NCBI GenBank assembly: GCA_002633005.1
Contig: NMRA01000034.1
Coordinates: forward strand, 279,259-343,258
Source: Phoronis australis
Taxonomy: Eukaryota > Animalia > Phoronida
Length of the DNA stretch: 64,000 bases
Reading direction: 5' to 3'
In this document: positions 1 through 12,357 of the stretch, piece by piece
How the letters are laid out: each line of letters starts with the position of its first letter
Position numbering within the stretch: position 1 is the first letter of the stretch
The notes under the pieces: generated by a model
What the model saw: only the letters and a program-made list of their open reading frames with translations
Told to the model about the DNA's origin: nothing
Database searches by the model: none
Made by a program: the position numbers and the translations under genes

Positions 1-2415
1 GTCTTGCTTTTTAACGAGGTCCTAGCGTTACTGCACGTGAAGCTGGCTTGGTGTGATGCGATGTTAATTCCGGTGTTTAAACAAGGTAACTTGGATGATG
101 AGAATGATTATAGACGTATTTCGCTTTTGTCGGCTATTAGGAAGCTCTTTATTAGAATACTGAATAACCGTTTGTACAACTGGGCCGAAAGTGATGGTCA
201 ACTTTTTGAAGCCCAAGCAGGGTTCCGCAAGGGTTACGCGACGGTGGATCATATGATTTTCTTTGTATGCGATATGTCAGAAACCCATAAGTAAAAAACG
301 GTGGCAGGTTCCATTGTGAATTTATTGACTTTCCAAAAGCTTTTGGTATAGTACCACATATTTTACTTTTTCATATACTTCTGCAAATTAATGTTCATGG
401 TAATATGTTATTTATCTCGTAACCTCGTACTTGTTCGAAACAGCCACGAAATCAGGACAAGATTTTCTACCTCAAGCAATTTGGTTTTGCCTAAACACAG
501 AACTTCGTTTTATTCTACATTGTAAGTCCTTCTTTATTCAGGCCATTCAACGGTGGAACAACTTGCCATATAGTCTAAAGGAGGGTGACCGTTATGATGA
601 TTTCAGACACCAACTCATTAGTTACCTGTGGTCGTCATAACTGTCCCTCCTTTTTGTCGCTCCAATGTATATACCATATCAAAAGTTTTTATTTATTTAT
701 TTTTAATTCGGTCTGTAAATCCAGTTTCTAAATACTGTTTAATTCAATGTATCTTAATTCAATTTATTTACCTATTTGTCTATTTCAATTTAACTTTTGC
801 TTCAGAGGACCATGCTGTATATTAGCCTATGGCTAAAGCATGTTTTATATCTATTATATTTTATCCTCTACAAATAAAGTTTATCATTATTATTATTATT
901 ATTGTTGTTGTTGTTGTTGTTGTTATTATTAATGAATACCAAGTTGAGATCATGTGTTAAAACACGTGATGGTTTAACAGACTTATTTGATTGCACTATT
1001 GGTACTCGTCAAGGTTGTGTGATAAACCCTCTTGTATTTGTTTGGTATCTCAATGAGTTTTAAGAAAAACTCAATTCACGTAGTGACATAAATAGCATCT
1101 ACTTATATGAGCATATTACAAATGGCACTATTATATGCAGATGACATGGTTTTGTGCTCTTTAACAGCGTCTAACTTACGACGTATGTTGAATTGTCTCA
1201 GTGATTATTGTGCTTCATGGGGTATGGCTGTGAATTTAAAGAAAACAAAAATAATTGTATTTAGAAATGGAGGTCCCTTAAGACAATATAAGAAATGTAT
1301 TTTAACAAACAGAAAGTTGGTGCTGTATCTCAATATAAATATTTTGGTGTTTTTATCACACCTAAATTGAGTGTCATGGTCGAAAGCGACAAAAACAACA
1401 CTATGATCTTGTCAAGCAAATAAAGCTGCATCACGTGTTTTGGAACAACAGCGCAGATGTCGCGATATGCTCCCATCACTTGCCTTTCAGTTATTTGAAA
1501 AACTGGTGTACCCAACATTGTGTTATGGTGCCGAAATTTGGGGTTTTAAAGAATACGAATGTTTAGAAAAAAAACATTTAAAAATTTTAAGTGGACCCTG
1601 GGACTTGGCGGTTATTGCTCTAACGCTGCAATATTGGGTGAATGTGGCAGATACCCTGGGTTTACGAGATACTTTGTTAGCTGTATTAAATACTGGTTTA
1701 AAAATTGGAATATGCCACAGGAACGTTATCCAAAGGCCGCTTACAACATGTTATACAGACTAGATGAAAATGGTAGACATGATTGGGCAAGCTCAGCCCG
1801 CAATTTATTGTCAATGTATCGTTTCCATGATGTTTGGGTAAACCAAGGAGTCGCGTGTCAAGAGTCGTTTGTAAATATTTTCTCAAAACGGGTTAAAGAC
1901 TGTGCTTTGCAAAGATGGCAGTCCGATGTTGATTCCAATTCTAAGTTAAACTATTTCGAAAATTTTAAGGTGGTATTTAAACATGAAAACTATTTAGAAA
2001 TTGATAATCTTCCAAGAGTGTTCGTGCAAAGTTTTACACGTTTTCGATGTGCAAACCACAGACTGCCAGTAGAAACTAGTGGTCACTTAATCGTGATATA
2101 ATCAAGACAAAGTGTGTGCATTATGCTTGAATGAGGAATTGTGTCGAGGATGAATATCACTTTTTGTTAGTTTGCGACGCCTTTTCCGAAATCAGAGCTA
2201 AGTTTCTAAGTCAGAGCCTCTGGACAAGACCCTCTTTGTTTAAATTCCATAGACTGTTATCTAATCCCGATACCTCAGTTATGAAATATATACTACGCAT
2301 CTGAAAAACGGAACAGCTTGTGTATTACTGACTATTGTGCCTAGCAGTCCAATGATCTTGTTTGCTTGTTTGTTGTACTTTGGGCCAATGGCCATGTGTA
2401 CAAATTAATAAAGCA
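1..2415 (+). mobile_element. Decayed non-LTR retrotransposon (LINE, RTE-X-like) ORF2 RT and C-terminal region with 3' UTR; interrupted at about 415-930
   Basis: Frameshifted RT motifs in order: PVFKQGNLDDENDYRRISLL, QAGFRKG (4-294), FIDFPKAFGIVPH (about 320-360), GTRQGCVINPLVF (about 1000-1040), LLYADD (about 1125-1146). Then a C-terminal zinc-knuckle remnant CALC...EDEYHFLLVC (about 2115-2176) and AATAAA near 2408. The clade assignment is inferred from the C-terminal motif. Confidence 0.88.
415..930 (+). mobile_element. 5'-truncated CR1/L2-group LINE 3' end nested inside the RTE-X-like element
   Basis: HEIRTR...LVLPKHRT and SFFIQAIQRWNNLP, typical of the CR1/L2 ORF2 C-terminus, followed by a 3' UTR, AATAAA (about 873) and an (ATT)n/(GTT)n tail at 885-930. 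The host RT resumes immediately after it (TKLRSCVK). Confidence 0.8.
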
Positions 2416-3290
2416 AGAATTTCCCTTACCAACTTAAGGAACAGGCAACCAGTACACGCGGCATTTTCGAAGTTAGCAAATTTAGGGTAGGCCGACCAAA
2501 ATAAAGTCTTGAGTCGCTAGTTGTTTCGATGTTTTTATTTGTAATGAAAATGGAATCCTATGACGACAAAAACACAAAACGTACCGAGAGTGGCGTACAT
2601 GAAATAACATCCCACGAGACATTATTCCGCGTATCGACCGAAGTCGAGGTCAATACGCGGAATAATGTCGAGTGGGATATTACTTCATCTACACCAATCG
2701 AGATACGTTTTGTATACGTATGTGCGATACCAACGTACGGATATCTTGGCCGAATTCCGTAGATGCGTGAACCTCGCGTGTAAATCTTGAGTGCTCGCAT
2801 GCTTTGCTTGTTATGCATAGCTATATCTCGCCAAGGCTTGGATGATATTGCGATTTCGCGAGTGTATTGCGTCTCAGGAACGGTCATCGGGACCTCCATC
2901 AGTAATGTAAAAAATACCATATGTTTACAGTTATCATGAAATTCATCTGCATTCTTCAAAAGCGCTGTTTCTATCCACAGCATTTCAAACATGAAAGATA
3001 CTTTTTTGTTTCGTATTACTACATGTATACCGGGTGCAAGTTGTTTTAATTGCCTTTAGGGAATTCTAATTCGTCCTTGCAATACCAACACAAAAGCTCT
3101 TGTTACGGTCTGAATATTTGAAAACGCGTCGTTCATTACAAAATGTGCCACCTGATGAGCGAAGCGCCGCAGTTTTCCATTGTCTATTTTCTTACGCCAC
3201 CAATCAAGGAGATGGGATGTGGCCACTGATGTTCAGCTTCACATGTACTCATTCATACAGTGTAGTGTCAAGAAACTATACAGTGCTTAC

Positions 3291-3423
3291 CGGCTTGACT
3301 GAATTCTTTGACTTCGTCTTTCATTTTGATGACAACGAAGTTTCTCCTGTTTGTTGGGAACTCTATCACAGTTCCAGACCAGTCACGAACCCCGGGGGCT
3401 CCAAGAAGCAGGTATCCACCCGT
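3291..3423 (-). CDS. Integrin alpha chain, coding exon 5 (last exon visible in the window)
   Basis: cag|TGGYLLLGAPGVRDWSGTVIEFPTNRRNFVVIKMKDEVKEFSQA-G|gtaag; 133 nt, phase 0 to 1; FG-GAP motif LGAPG..W.G. Confidence 0.93.
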
Positions 3424-4486
3424 CTGTTGATAAAAATACAAACGTTACGAGAGATAAACACGTAATCTTAAAAAAGCAACCAGTTGCATGTCGGCTCGTG
3501 CAACACTAATCCGCTAATCTGCATGTACCGTTAATGATTTGTGGAGTTAGACGTCAACGTTGAAAATACGTCCACATAACTTTCTAGTGAAAAAGAGGCC
3601 CACAGCACATGAACCATACAATCGAGTTACTGTGGACACTATTCGGGTGACATTCCATTAAGACCGGAATTACCTGTGATACTGATCTTCATTGTTTTAC
3701 CAATGTTCAATAGCCACCCATGGTCTACCTCAAGTTCATGAAAAGTGGCGTACGAGTTAGACGTAAAGTTGGTCTCTAGGATCCCAAATAAAGGTTCATT
3801 CATCCAATTTTTAGCACATCACAGCCTGGAAATGTCTAAATTTTTTTGTACGGAGCACAAGACCAAATTTCTCTCTTCTGCGGACTAACCAAATTCACAG
3901 TTCTCCTCCAAACTCTCCGTTTCATCTCAGGACACTATTGATTTCTGGTGACACCGGCGAGTCACAATGAGGGAGTCCATATCCACGAAGTGGTGCTCAG
4001 GAATAAAAGTCCTTCTTTTTAACGTTTGAATAGATTGAGAGCAGATGACCATACATCAGCATGAGAGTGTTCGTGTGATAAGGTACCCTCGTAATTTGCC
4101 TGAATGTGGGCATTTCTGTGGTAAAACCCTTGCTTCATTTGCGACACCTAGTGAATTTCGTGTTCCTCATCAGGTTCTGATACTGCCTAGAAATCCGTTT
4201 GAAACATTGATGAAAAAATCACTCACCTCGCAAACTTCATGTGTTCTCTTTCTAGTAAACAGTGTTTTGAGTAATACCTAAGGATGTTCACTGTACTTTA
4301 TGATATAATTTAGGAAATGCGCGTTGAGGTTACCACACATGTATTTTTATGTTTTGACTTCATTCTATATTTTCCAGAAGACGCACAAGGAAACGAACAG
4401 TTAAGAGCTAGAGTTACATTATTTGTAACCATTGCCTGAGAATACAACTTAATACAATGCGTTTCAGACGTTCAGTTGTTACTTAC

Positions 4487-4687
4487 GTTCGTGTAATGAG
4501 CAGACATTCCCGCTTGACCATGGGCGAAGTAATAAATACCACCTTTAAGAATTTGTCTGGATGACTGTGTGAGAGGCTTGAGGTTTGACACTGGTGGGAA
4601 TGCTAGATTATTGTCCAGCTCAAAACACATGCCGTTCACCAAATAATGGCCTGTGTATCTCTGGTCGGACCACAGATGTGCACAAAC
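4487..4687 (-). CDS. Integrin alpha chain, coding exon 4
   Basis: tag|VCAHLWSDQRYTGHYLVNGMCFELD...GGIYYFAHGQAGMSAHYTN|gtaagt; 201 nt, phase 0 to 0; matches the integrin CAxxW...GxC and GQAGxS motifs. Confidence 0.93.
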
Positions 4688-5012
4688 CTAAGACAGATAC
4701 GGTAAATAAAAATGATTTGCGTTGGTTTGTTTTGAGTCTTAGATGTGTCATGAAACTATTAACGTTTAACCTCCGTGGTCTCTGAAGCCGGAGTGACAGT
4801 GAAGCAAGTTTCAAACGAATAATTATAAACACGATACAAGATCAATTTGACAAATTTCAAAACCCTTGTTACATGCATATGAAAAACTGAAGCTCTGAAC
4901 CAATCCAAGTGATTAAGACTGAATACTTATACATATGCTGACGATGTTAGTTCTGGGCCAAATTAGCAATAGAAAACTCAGCACAATTGCTGTCGGCATT
5001 GTGTATTTTCAA

Positions 5013-5363
5013 ATATACATGCCCAGCGTTTCGATGAAATTCACTTCACCATCCTCAAGGAGTATATCAAATCACAACAAACATGGTCACAAGTAAAAAG
5101 ATCAACTGAACCAAAAGTGACTTGTGAAACAGTCACATGCAAAGGTCAAGGCTATCCCCAAACGGCGAGTTCAACCGACCCCAGGTTGTCATTCAGCGAA
5201 GTCCTAGAATACAACTGCAAGGCTTTCTTTAATAGCCAATCTGAATCTATACCTGAATCTATTTATATCATCGTGAAGAATTGTACGGCTATGTTTGTTG
5301 TGGTTTGATATACTCCATCAGGATGGTGAAATGAATTTCACCGAAACGTTGGGCATGTATATA
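5013..5363. mobile_element. Penelope-type inverted terminal-repeat remnant (two inverted arms of about 80 bp with hammerhead-like cores)
   Basis: 5013-5092 is the reverse complement of 5281-5363 with some mismatches. Each arm has a degenerate CTGAnGA-like core, a hairpin (GGTGAAA-TGAA-TTTCACC in the right arm) and GAAACG(T/C)TGGG. Confidence 0.6.
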
Positions 5364-5444
5364 ACGTAGAAAATAAGTTCGAAACTAAAAGAAGCGATCC
5401 AGATCCTCTAAAGAATACACTTATGTGTCGAAAAGAAGAATAAA

Positions 5445-5540
5445 TATATACATGTATATATGTATACATACACACACACACGCGCGCTCGGGCACACACA
5501 CACACGCACAAACACACACACACACACACACGCACATATG
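5445..5540. repeat. (TA)n/(CA)n microsatellite
   Basis: Directly visible dinucleotide runs. Confidence 0.95.
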
Positions 5541-5769
5541 TAAATATATTACAACAGGTTTTGTCCAAGCTTTAAAATATATGTACTAGTTCTAGTACTA
5601 GTACTACAATCCCAATGCCTGTAGCGAGATGTGAGGCAGTAACTATGACTATCAGTGGCCACAAAATTAATCATCAAGTTGCCCTCACCAACCATTTTGA
5701 GATTTTACTTTGTAGATTTTTTTAGAATACAAGGCTAAGAAGGACTGCTCTAGCTCTTTTACAACTCAC

Positions 5770-5870
5770 CACGACTCGACCGCCATCTGCCGTAGGTTGG
5801 CAATCAAGTGAAATACCTAAATGTTGTTTTTCCTTGCGATTGTGCCAGTAACTTTCGTAATGCCGGTTAC
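5770..5870 (-). CDS. Integrin alpha chain, coding exon 3
   Basis: cag|(G)NRHYESYWHNRKEKQHLGISLDCQPTADGGRVV|gtgagt; 101 nt, phase 1 to 0; KxxQxLGxSL motif of propeller blade 2. Confidence 0.92.
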
Positions 5871-6911
5871 CTGAAAGATATCGGCATCGGCTGAGCTAGG
5901 AGTCACGCTAAACTGGGGAGGCGTTTTTGTCTAGTCGAGCACATAAAGAATTCATATTTCTGAAGTACATTTTAAACCTAGCGGGATGTGCTTAACGCTT
6001 GTTGTTCTCAGCACGAAATTTTGTCCCACGTGGTCCGTCAATTTCGCCGCCATGTTGGAAGTCAATTTGGAAACTTGTTGAAAGTCGGATAGGACAAGAC
6101 AATTTGTAGATCTCAAGGAGTAACAAAGCGACAGTTCTTTCACAATCCTGACGTGGCTTCTACTACTTGACTAAGGAAATATATTAGACTGCATAACCAT
6201 AAGTGATCTTAATCAAAATTTGGTTTTGTGATTGAATGCGGATTTTTAGCAGCTTTAACCATAAAAAGCTTTTTGAGAACCCGGCATTTTTGGGATGCTT
6301 AGATTTGGGAGTATGAAAGTCAATAATAGTTTTATTGTATTATATTCGCTAAGTAATTTATGGAAGGGGGTTAGGATTGGGCTTTCAGTCGTATGTCGAT
6401 CGTTCGTTCTGTCATTCAGCTACCATTTTCTACTAAAACGTTGTGGAGATTTTGAAAAAAACGTTCAGTGGATACTCGGAATAAACAAAAGAGCAGTCAC
6501 TTCTATTTTGGAAAACATACGTTTTTTAGACATTTCACCTTTTTCGAATTACTGAATTCATCTTTTAGCACATAAACCTTTTTCTCCGGAGATCAGATAT
6601 TTTAAACATACCACTCTTCAACAGATTTCCGTCATTGTTCTCAGTATTGCAGCCTGTTGTTGTAATCGTTACCCATGTTTCGTACATAGCTCAGTGAGAG
6701 CGTGTGTGCGTGCGTTTGTGTAGTAATGCCTCATGGTGTTCTGTTCTATTGCAGTTCTATTCAGGAGTCAGCAAACATACTGCGAATTTTAGCGAGTGTA
6801 CATGAAGTCGTCAACAATGACACATAACATTGTCGCGTATTTAACCAATTTTGCGAGTGTGACGGCTTCCAACTATTTTGACCTACAAAATCGGATTCAT
6901 AGTGGTCCTAC

Positions 6912-7033
6912 CTTCATCGTCTACTTTTACTTCTTGGCAGTTACGGCTGCCATTTAGAGAGCACTTTAGCAAAAGACCAGTTTGTGCTACAGGGATGTGC
7001 GACGAATTTCCTTTTGGAGCTCCAACCAGTAAC
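6912..7033 (-). CDS. Integrin alpha chain, coding exon 2
   Basis: cag|(W)LLVGAPKGNSSHIPVAQTGLLLKCSLNGSRNCQEVKVDDE-G|gtagga; 122 nt, phase 2 to 1; LLVGAP...G.L.KC...C motif. Confidence 0.93.
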
Positions 7034-7372
7034 CTGTTGGAAAATAGAAAAAGGAAATTATTTTGTTTTCGTTGTACTAGACAATAAAATAGGTGCGAGA
7101 GAAATCTAGGACCCACCCCTGCATTATTCCTTGCTAGAGAGGGGCCTCTGGAAAAATATAGTAGCTCTAGTGAATTTCATTGAAATCGGATTCATTTGGA
7201 ACAGTGACAGACATTTTTCAAAAAAATCTTTACCGGGCCGTAGCTTCGGCATATTTGACGGATTTACGGAAACCTAGTATAAAGATATATCTCAGCAAAA
7301 GATTAACGTCAACTTTCGCCCTGATTTACTGAATTATTCTAGATTTCCTGACGACCATTTGATCCTCAATGG

Positions 7373-7420
7373 CGGATGATAATGACAATAATGATGATGA
7401 TGACGACGACGACGATGGTA

Positions 7421-7484
<64 letters not shown>

Positions 7485-7540
7485 GGATGGTGATGACGAT
7501 GGCGATGATGATGTCGATGATGATGGCGATGACGATGTTA
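7373..7540. repeat. (GAT)n microsatellite in integrin intron 1
   Basis: Long GAT/GAC trinucleotide tract; it produces the spurious poly-D and poly-M ORFs. Confidence 0.95.
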
Positions 7541-8063
7541 CCGTTATCAGCGTCGTCGTTGGGGATAATTTCTAGGAACGAAGTGCAGGTTTATAGTACT
7601 TTTAAAAATTAAGGTCAGATGCAGATGAACGTGAACATGACGTTGCAAATTGCAGTCGGCAAGTTGGCCTACACGCTTCGCCGTACACGCGTAATTCAAA
7701 ACGCATGAACATGTCGCATTCATTCAGATTGCTTGAGGAACAGGAAGATTGTGGAAACACGACCTTTGTGCGCCAGTCTATTTTTGCACAATACCTACTT
7801 CACAATCTGGTCCAAAACAGTACTTTGTGAAGTACATAAACATTATCTTGAGTCTCAAGGAGACCCTAGGAGGAAGTTTGATAGCCGGTTTTGTCTTCCT
7901 CTCTTTGTAGGCGAGAAAAATTATTTATAGATCATAGATGTAGATTCAGTCTCAGCGAAGAAACGAACTCGTAGAACATTCAGCACCCTAACATTCCAAC
8001 TGACAACCATAACTGCTTACGAGTATGATTAGCTTATTCTTTTTTTATTTTATAGCTCTGACC

Positions 8064-10791
8064 TACGGTGGTTCAAAGATGATATCACGCGTTTCGCTTT
8101 TAATTATCTCAGCACTTCGAGATCCCGACTTAATTACCGCAAGATCTCGAGATCCAGACTTCATTATCTCGGGATCTCAGGATGTCGAGATCCCGACTTA
8201 ATTATCTCAGGATCTCGATTCTATCAATACAGTCTGTTTTCAAATGCTCACCGGGCTCAACTAATGAATCGTGATTTTCATAGCTAATACTCGAAGTAAT
8301 TTGGATAAAATCCCGTAGTAAACTAAATTGAATACATGGACAGGGGCGTCGAAGGGGGGGGGGGGGGGNGGGCGGAGGGCCCACAGCCTCGGGCCCGTGC
8401 TAGTCAAGATTATCCCAAACCTTATTTAGTGGCCTCCATTCTAACTCGTGTATCAAAAAACTAAGCTTTGTCAACTAGTAAAATTATATATTTTAGAAAA
8501 AAGATCATGGAATATGAAAATACTTTTTGTATTTATGTACCATTATTATTTTTACGTGAAAACCTTTTCAAGTCAAAATTTCATTTTCAAGAAAGGTACA
8601 CTCATAGCAAACTACCCCTCCGTCGATTTTAGTGAAACCTTTTTTAATGAAAACTTCATCAGTTACCTCAATAATGCTGTTAATAATTTTCGATTTGTCT
8701 TTTCGTTTGGTTTCTATGACAAATCAACTCGCAAAACGTAGGGTATTTTGTAAAAAAATAAAGCCTTGTTCGTCTTTGTTACAATACGAAAAAACAAGGT
8801 CTTTATATCGAAAATCCTAATAGCGATAGAGTTTGATGACTAAATATTAAGCCTGGAAACTTTCAGCGAAATCCACCCAGCCGCTTTCGAGAACTCGTGT
8901 TCCTAATTTCAAATAAAGTCGATTTGCCGAAGCCGAGAAAATGCCAATTAATCTGGGACGAGACAAAATCTCAGTCTTCGGTTAATTATTTGGTGAAAAC
9001 TTGTATTCGGTACATATAACCTACACAAGCCTTAACTATGTTAGCTATTTCAACATTAAGTCGCAATGTTAACTGATTTTGCAGTGCGTAATTACAACTT
9101 AATTATCATTAAAACGTACCGTTCCCAGCCAACTGTTACTGTTGTTTGCGACCTACTTTTTACGTAGGTCACAGTTCATTGTACACATAACCTGTACACG
9201 TCACGTGCTGGGAGACTGATACGAAACCAAGTAAGAAATGGATATAATAAATCGAATCGGTGGTTAAAGCATGCCGTTAGGATGAGATCGAAACATGGAA
9301 ATGTCAGTTTGTTAATTGAGTTAAGAAATTAACGTGAGGATATATCTCTTTTCACAACTTGCTGTGTTCATGACCACAGAAGCCTGAGGCGACCCGTAGC
9401 ATTCGTTTTCAACGCCAACGGTCGTATGCATGTAGACGCACAACTCCCTACGTTTTGTTTTCCCAGGCACCATGCTATCACCAGTACACCTCGCTGACTC
9501 AATGTTATGGCGACTTTGTGAATGGACTGAGGGTACACGAAGCTGTTCTGTACCTGGCGGGAGATTCGATTTGATTGAAAGCCCTTTAACCTTTGACCTC
9601 GGATAAGTAGAAAACAAATATCCGTGCGACAGTGCGGTTCCAAGGTGGTTCTGCTCAATCTTTTTTCTTGGTACGTGGTATATATTTTCTATTTGAAGTT
9701 CCCCGAGACTGAAGATAAGGTATTTTGTTAAACACATGTGAGATACTGTAAAAATGGCCAAATTTTGTGAACAAGGTTTGAGATATCCTTAAGGGGGACA
9801 GTTGACGAAGGAAAAAACAAAAAAAAAAACAGCTCGAGAAAAAACAAAGGTTCCAGAGCTTTGAGCCAGCCAGCCTCACTTGGACAAAGATTTGAGTACC
9901 ACCCAAGCAAAACTGTGGTATTAAAGCTGGCGGTTCTTACTTAAAGTGTACTCCAAGAATAATTTTACGTAAGTGCACCTTTTCAATCATACTCCTTAAA
10001 ACCTCATATTTCTGAGCCATGACAGTTGCACTGGAAATTTTCAACGTTTTACGTAATAAGATACATGACTCACCCTTCCACGTTTGTAAAAGCACATGCT
10101 GTCCTATCTCTTATGAATCCGGGTATACCGTTTTTTATGGTCTCAACGAATAAAGTAAGTGACAATGTTAATAAAAAACAACGAGATTTTCAAGGTCATC
10201 TACAATCTTGACCCACACAGTTAGTAGAGCTATCAGGAAGCATCATAGCAACAAAACATCAATGTCAACACTTATGGTTAGAACTTCCCCATGTCAATAG
10301 TCCAGTTAACACGATCTGAGGAAAGGACAGAACTTAGATTTATCACGGCATAACAGATTTACGTGTTTGGTGTTTTTTAAAGATACTGGTGCAAGCCCAG
10401 TCTCAATAGGCAAGTGGCACACCACAGGTTGTCATTGCTAGTCTGTAACTGACTGTGTCTGTGTTACATTACTTGTTGTTGGGCCTAGCAAGGTGGCCAC
10501 TATGTTTTTTTTCTTGTGGTGATGGAGTTTCAATAAACAACACCGAAACATGCCAAGCCGGTTTAAATCCGCTGTTTTTATTAACATACTCTGTCTGCTT
10601 AAAACTGCAATACAACAAGTTTTGCTGGCTGAAAAACAAAACTAGAATTATGCCTCTTGCTGTTATAAAATCTTCTTGATATCCCGAGATGTTAAATAAG
10701 GATCTCGAGATCCCGAGATAATTATGTAGGGATCTCGAGATCCCGAGATAATTGAAAAAGCAACGCGCGATGTCATCTTTGGGCCACCGTA
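8064..10791. mobile_element. Non-autonomous TIR element with subterminal tandem repeats, hosting nested insertions
   Basis: Left end TACGGTGGTTCAAAGATGATATCACGCG versus reverse complement of the right end TACGGTGGCCCAAAGATGACATCGCGCG. Arrays of TAATTATCTCGGGATCTCGAGATCCCG-like units at 8100-8220 and, inverted, at 10675-10755. No TSD recognised. Confidence 0.72.
8408..9788. mobile_element. Non-autonomous TTAA-specific DNA transposon (Kolobok-type), copy 1
   Basis: TIR GATTATCCCAAACCTT ... AAGGTTTGAGATATCC; flanks TCAA and TTAA; colinear along its length with 15143-16440. Confidence 0.78.
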
Positions 10792-11945
10792 TAAATCCGA
10801 TAGTGTTTATTTAAGTGATAAATCAAATTGCTCACATCGATCGGTTGGTCCAGCTTCACGTTTCTTATTGGTCTCACTCAACAAAAATCCTGTTTTTGCT
10901 ACCGCCAGTGGTATGTGTCGCTCTCTTCGTGGTCCCGGGCATAGCGTTCCTGTCTTTACTAGGTTTTCATTCTTGGCCACTTTTTATCCAGAAAAGTTAC
11001 AAGTTTCGCCATGCTTGTACATGCGCAGTGACATCGTTGCCTCCTACACAACGTCTGCCCTCTGCATGGCTGTGCATAAGGAACTATGCGATACTGGGAG
11101 CAAGCCTATATGTTAGTGAAGGCAAGGGAAGAGGTGAGATAGAAGTGAGAAGGCGTAAGAATGGCTATCCATAGTTCGAATGGGGCTACTGAAAGTTAGA
11201 GAAAGTAAAGCACGTTTTTAGTATCCCAAGTTTTTCTGACCGACAAAACAACGCTCTTGCAAACGAGGCTGCCATCAGGCTATGGTCTCGGCGACCACTG
11301 GCGACGTCCGTAGCCAAACCCCAGGCGACTGCAAACTTGCAAGTAAAGCACCGGGAAAAACGATTGGGAAACGTAGCGCCAAATTCAAACAGGGAGTTTT
11401 GACGTGTTTTTTGGTCGTAGTGGTATACGAGGCCAAGTCCGGGTACACAAGCGTGAGTGCAAATATGCCGTCACTCCTATTTTCGAGCGGTGATTTTCGC
11501 CTTTGTCGAGCGCCGGTGGGCCTGAGTTGTGAATTTGTTAAGGATATGTGTTCACTGTAGACTGTAGAATTGCAGTACTTTATGGTGTAATGAAACGTAG
11601 ACACATGTACTCCAGGATATGTTTCTTCATGTCCTTTTAAATACAACTTCATTGTTTTCTCATAAGTTTAAGTTATCAGCTGCCTTAGCTGCATTAAAGG
11701 AGTACATTTCTCTTTTGATAGCTTCAAGATATATTGAGTTCTGATTGAAGTCATGCTGTGAATTATCTGTCTAACATGCAACTTACAGGAGAATGCCACC
11801 CGATTTAATTAGTCTTTTTTACCGTCTTAATCGGTCCACATCGCCTCTTATACGGTCGACCCACCTTGCCGAGAGGTGTCGCGTTAACCTGTGAGGAAGG
11901 TGAGAAACAACGCAGCGACGTGTCAGTGGTTCGTCTGCAGAATGA

Positions 11946-12357
11946 ATGCCGCGCTATATTGCGGTGAATCGTTCCCGCTTGTCCGAAATATGAAGCTGCG
12001 AAGAAAGCAGGTATATCATTTTTTCGACTTCCTCGAGAGCCCGAAATGCTTAGGAAGTGGCTCGCGGTAGTGAAGAATGAAAGGTACGCTGTTATTAGCA
12101 AGTTATGAGGCCATGAAACTTCTCCGTGTATTTGGCCGGTATTTCGTCGACAGTGATTTCTCTGACAAATTCCGGCTTACCAAAGAACTATCCTTACGTT
12201 CCGTTGCCTGTGCATGTTCACGGCGCCTCTCTAGTATTTGTTGATCAGTGTATTCTGGTTCGAACTGATAGCCTGTGAAACCAAACGATCCGACCCACGA
12301 AGTCTTCGTCGGATGAGCTCTTGACTAAGTCGGGGTTGGCGCCGGGCGAGATGCCAT
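11946..12357. pseudogene. Degenerate, internally deleted Kolobok: THAP fragment (+) fused to KolX N-terminal fragment (-)
   Basis: Plus strand 11946 to about 12190, frameshifted: VPACPKY...GISFFRLPREPEMLRKWLAVVKN and SYEAMKLLRVFGRYFVDSDF, which align with the THAP at 31875. Minus strand 12357 to about 12193: GFTGYQFEPEYTDQQILE, which aligns with KolX GGYMFEPEYNE at about 30640. Possible left terminus TTAA|AGG at 11694-11700; right terminus not found. Confidence 0.75.

Noticed and set aside
4227-4277. Possible extra integrin exon (tag...gtgagt on the minus strand)
   Set aside because: Exons 4 and 5 already join in phase as in homologues, and the peptide has no integrin similarity.
7369-7612. 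Poly-Asp and poly-Met ORFs, which could suggest an acidic biomineralisation protein
   Set aside because: They are translations of an intronic (GAT)n microsatellite; there is no signal peptide or splice context.
8100-8220. Short regularly repeated units, also at 10675-10755 and 53330-53422, resembling a CRISPR array
   Set aside because: There are no unique spacers or cas genes and the context is eukaryotic; these are subterminal transposon repeats and a minisatellite.
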